The notes under the pieces are model-generated. The model worked only from the letters and a program-made list of their open reading frames with translations, made no database searches and had not been told where the DNA came from. A stretch of 64,000 nt of DNA from Alkalispirochaeta sp. (GTDB taxonomy: Bacteria; Spirochaetota; Spirochaetia; DSM-27196; Alkalispirochaetaceae). Positions within the stretch are counted from its first letter, which is position 1. Each line of letters begins with the position of its first letter. The position numbers and the translations under genes were made by a program. The stretch lies in the NCBI GenBank assembly GCA_965242725.1, contig CBDESZ010000007.1, positions 32,001 through 96,000 on the forward strand. Reading direction: 5' to 3'. Shown piece by piece: positions 61,131 to 64,000 of the stretch.

Positions 61131-61207
61131 GACCAGCGCGAACTCAACCCGCCGTGACTCGAGCCTGACTGCGCTTCCGACCAGCTCGTGCTCAACCGCC
61201 TGCGTGA
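61131..61207. repeat. Imperfect two-copy direct repeat, 48-bp period
   Basis: GACCAGCGCGAACTCAACCCGCCGTGA at 61131 and GACCAGCTCGTGCTCAACCGCCTGCGTGA at 61179. Confidence 0.45.
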
Positions 61208-61251
61208 TGAACTCCTTGAGCGGCGACTTTTTTCACACGTGGAGACCTTCT

Positions 61252-62049
61252 CTACCATGAGCTGTTATGAAAATCGAGTTCACCCCGGAACGTCATATCT
61301 CCGAACCCTGCCTGACGGAAGTGATGTATCATCAGATACCGGTCGTTTGAAATCTCTACGTTCAGATATCGTAATTGCCGCTCGTGACAGATTCTTCGAA
61401 GCCGTTCCACTACATAGTACTCAAAGTTGAATACCCGGTATTGGCCGTCAATTTCGATGTCCTTAATAACCAGCCGTTTATCATAGAAATCGCGGATATC
61501 ATCGAATACCGTTTCAATTACGGCGATTGTGAAACCGACAACGGATCCATCTTTTCGCAATATGAGCACAAACACATCCGGCTTTTCGACAACCCCGGAG
61601 AAGCTGTCCCTGGTCATGAATTCGGGCATATAATCGCGGCTCGCCAACGTGTAGTATTTGTTCCGGACATTTCGTTTGCCTTCGGCAAACGCGACCAGAT
61701 CATCAAAATCTTCCGTTGTGGCGTCAGAGATACTGACGAAGTTTTCTATCAGCATTGTGTCGTAGAGCGAAATCATCTCATGCAGATTCTTCCTGGTCGT
61801 CGTTCGCCTTTCCACGCGCTGTGTCGTCCCATACCAGTTCACGATTTCCAGATAGAGTTGATCCGCTTTCGTTCCGAATCCCTGACTGCTGATGGGTGAG
61901 TAAAGACTTATTCTCCTGGTGCCTTTTCCGGATTTTGAAAGTGTATGAATTCTGCGCTCCAATCGAAGGTGGGTAACACCATTCCTGACTATTTGAAAAG
62001 CAGAATCGATCAGCATACCGAAAAATCGGGTTAATCGCCGTTCGTCCAT
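61252..62049 (-). CDS. Hypothetical protein with a degenerate C-terminal GNAT-like fold
   Basis: ISDAT.EDF, VVGF, IKDIEID.QYR, L.V...N......F...GF pattern. Confidence 0.6.
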   Translation of the reverse strand: MDERRLTRFFGMLIDSAFQIVRNGVTHLRLERRIHTLSKSGKGTRRISLYSPISSQGFGTKADQLYLEIVNWYGTTQRVERRTTTRKNLHEMISLYDTMLIENFVSISDATTEDFDDLVAFAEGKRNVRNKYYTLASRDYMPEFMTRDSFSGVVEKPDVFVLILRKDGSVVGFTIAVIETVFDDIRDFYDKRLVIKDIEIDGQYRVFNFEYYVVERLRRICHERQLRYLNVEISNDRYLMIHHFRQAGFGDMTFRGELDFHNSSW

Positions 62050-62234
62050 GATGATTCTATTCTGACGTGAAACGACATTTGTGAAAATCGACGGCGTACG
62101 TCGGAGAAATCGGGGCAGTACGTTGCCGGTGGATTACTCATGCTTCGGATTGTGTTAACCGCTTCCCGCCCATCGACGTGGGTAGACCTGTGTACTAAAT
62201 AAACACCTGTATGAGCGCTTAACGCGACGGCTTA

Positions 62235-62252
62235 TGTACAATATCCTGTACC
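62235..62252. promoter_or_regulatory. YefM-YoeB operator overlapping the -10 element
   Basis: TGTACA (62235) and TGTACC (62247), 12 bp apart, like the paired TGTACA cores of the E. coli yefM-yoeB operator; TACAAT overlaps. Confidence 0.7.
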
Positions 62253-62264
62253 ACTGGAGACGAT

Positions 62265-62519
62265 ATGAATGCAGTGAATTACTCCGATTTAAGACGAAAC
62301 CTCAAAGACTACATGGATCGCGTCTACAAGGATCAGGAAACGCTCATCGTTACCAGAAAGAACAACGAGAACGTGGTCCTCATTTCGATTGACGAGTACA
62401 ACAGCCTTCTGGAAACCAACTACCTGCTCTCAAACGAGGCCAATGCCAAACACCTGAAGGAATCTTTACGGCAATCACGAGAGGGCAAAGCCGCAGAACG
62501 ACAGTTGATTGAAGAATGA
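62265..62519 (+). CDS. yefM: Phd/YefM antitoxin
   Basis: YSDLR.NLK..MD.V, IVTRK, VLIS.DEYNSL.ET.YLL. Confidence 0.95.
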   Translation: MNAVNYSDLRRNLKDYMDRVYKDQETLIVTRKNNENVVLISIDEYNSLLETNYLLSNEANAKHLKESLRQSREGKAAERQLIEE

Positions 62520-62770
62520 GAGTCCCGTTTACGGAAAAGGCCTGGGATGACTACCTCTACTGGCAGAAGAACGACAAACGTGTTCTGAAAAGGATCAACG
62601 AACTCATTAAATATACGCAGCGTTCCCCCTTCGCCGGCATAGGAAAACCGGAACCGCTGAAACATCAACTTCAGGGATTGTGGTCTCGACGCATAAATGA
62701 CGAGCACCGACTCGTCTATGAAGTCGAAGACACCGATTTACGGATCGTCGCCTGTCGGTTTCACTACTAG
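62516..62770 (+). CDS. yoeB: Txe/YoeB toxin
   Basis: AWDDYLYWQ, GIGKPEPLK, WSRRINDEHRLVY, CRFHY; ATGA overlap. Confidence 0.96.
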   Translation: MRVPFTEKAWDDYLYWQKNDKRVLKRINELIKYTQRSPFAGIGKPEPLKHQLQGLWSRRINDEHRLVYEVEDTDLRIVACRFHY

Positions 62771-63452
62771 TTCGACGGCGCGGACTGTTAGTGAGCGGAA
62801 CGGGAGTCCCGCCGCGCCGGAGATCGGCAGGAGCGGCATGAAGGTCTGTTTTCGTCCCAATCGGAGTCTCTATCAGGCGATTCAAAACCGCCTGTCCATC
62901 TCCGTTGAGGACCGGATGGATCCCAAACAGCCGCATATCGCAACGGTGACAAACGTGGATGATCCTTCCTCGGTGTACAGCCGCCACGGTACCAAGATCA
63001 TCGATGGGAAGGTACCGGAACTGCCGGCCGTTTCTTTCAACCCCCATGAAGGTGCGGACACATACCGAGCGGTCTTTGTGGGTCTCGAGGACCAGTACGT
63101 CAGCTCCCAGTCTTCCATCTCCACCGATTCTGTGTCGTGGGTCATTTCGCATGCTGTCAGAAACACAGCCGACGTTTGGCACACAGTTCTAGTCACAAGC
63201 GGCATGATGAACCGGAAGTGGTCGATGCAGCCGTTGTTGTAGACTGTTGACGTCGTCGACACGAGCATCCTTGCAGATACAAATCCCCGCCTCCCCAACT
63301 CACGGCGTTTCCACCAACCTATCTCAGTGACATAGAAGGCAAATTTTGTACCAGCGATGCCGTCGCCTGCGATAGCGTTGACCTCATACACCGCTTCCTA
63401 CACCGGCAAGCGCCCTGTACGTGGTTGTTGAACCGTCGGTGAATATCTAACG

Positions 63453-63512
63453 TTGACGCCTGAACAATCCGTGGTACTATTATCGTATACTCATAGTATA
63501 CCTTAAGTATTC
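63453..63512 (+). promoter_or_regulatory. Sigma70 promoter with 11-bp periodic GTA(T)AC-like operator repeats
   Basis: TTGACG-N16-TACTAT with extended TG; GTACTA 63474, GTATAC 63485, GTATAC 63496, GTATTC 63507. Confidence 0.6.
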
Positions 63513-63541
63513 CCAAAAGGTGATACAGGAGAGCCACACAC

Positions 63542-64000
63542 ATGAGAACGTATCAGATCGGCGTTGTCGGGTCGGGATTCATGGGCAAGGCGCACACCTA
63601 TGCGTATCGTTCCATTCCTTTCTTCTACGGAAGCCTGCCGGTCCAGGCGAAAATGCGCGCGATATGCAGTCTGCCCCGGGAAGCCGCTGAAGCCGCGGCG
63701 GGAGAATACGGATACGAATTGGCTACCGACGATCTCACGGAGTTCTTCGAGAGCGGAATAGATATTGTGCACGTCTGCTCACCCAACGACACGCACCGGG
63801 AGATAGTCCTGGAGGCAATCCGGCGCGGTATTCACGTCTACTGCGAGAAACCGGTGGCGCCGGATTACCCCACCGCCGCCGAGATTCTACAGGCGCTGAA
63901 GAACGCCCCGTCTCCCATCGTCTCACGCGTCGGCTTCCACTCCCGGTTCTATCCCAGCGCCATCCGCGCCAAGGAGATCATCGACGCCGGTCGGCTGGGA
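63542..64000 (+). CDS. Gfo/Idh/MocA family oxidoreductase, truncated at the window edge
   Basis: Not in the ORF track. MRTYQIGVVGSGFMGKAH...CSPNDTH...HVYCEKP...VGFHSRF; AGGAG SD. Confidence 0.92.
   Translation, partial: MRTYQIGVVGSGFMGKAHTYAYRSIPFFYGSLPVQAKMRAICSLPREAAEAAAGEYGYELATDDLTEFFESGIDIVHVCSPNDTHREIVLEAIRRGIHVYCEKPVAPDYPTAAEILQALKNAPSPIVSRVGFHSRFYPSAIRAKEIIDAGRLG

Noticed and set aside
61131..61207. Mini CRISPR array
   Set aside because: Only two divergent copies, short spacing, no cas genes.

Overview
Bacterial chromosomal window, most likely a free-living spirochaete (Spirochaetota). This is inferred from the ASGQ/AGGSQ-type N-termini of the solute-binding proteins, a TpN50-like OmpA protein and several lipoproteins. 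I see no rRNA, tRNA, CRISPR array, transposase or phage structural gene. Left to right: a truncated Rieske protein; a small redox/OmpA gene run; a PruR-like SUOX-fold lipoprotein coupled to a hybrid histidine kinase, opposite a diguanylate cyclase; a BamA/TamA-like gene with an atypical OmpR regulator; a TolC-MFP-RND-RR-HK operon whose promoter box is shared with the BamA-like operon; a MocR/LysE divergon; an AAC(6')-Ia-like acetyltransferase; an unexplained three-gene envelope operon; a sulfated-glycoside catabolic locus (GntR-LacI regulator, ABC importer, two sulfatases, divergent clan GH-D enzyme, GH127, PLP C-S lyase); homoserine dehydrogenase; an ABC importer with a DUF6772/DUF6385-like pair and a NarL-type two-component system; a large surface lipoprotein; a WYL regulator/epoxide hydrolase divergon; a LacI-GH31 ABC locus; yefM-yoeB; and a truncated Gfo/Idh/MocA gene. 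About 13 apparent single-base frameshifts, mostly in short homopolymers and clustered at 14.0-16.3 kb and 40.9-41.9 kb, look like long-read consensus errors. The best candidates for undescribed biology are the pterin-sensor-like lipoprotein/kinase pair, the sulfatase-GH127-C-S lyase pathway, the Omp85/RND co-regulon, the coiled-coil envelope operon and the DUF6772/DUF6385 locus. All family calls come from motif recognition by eye, not from database searches.
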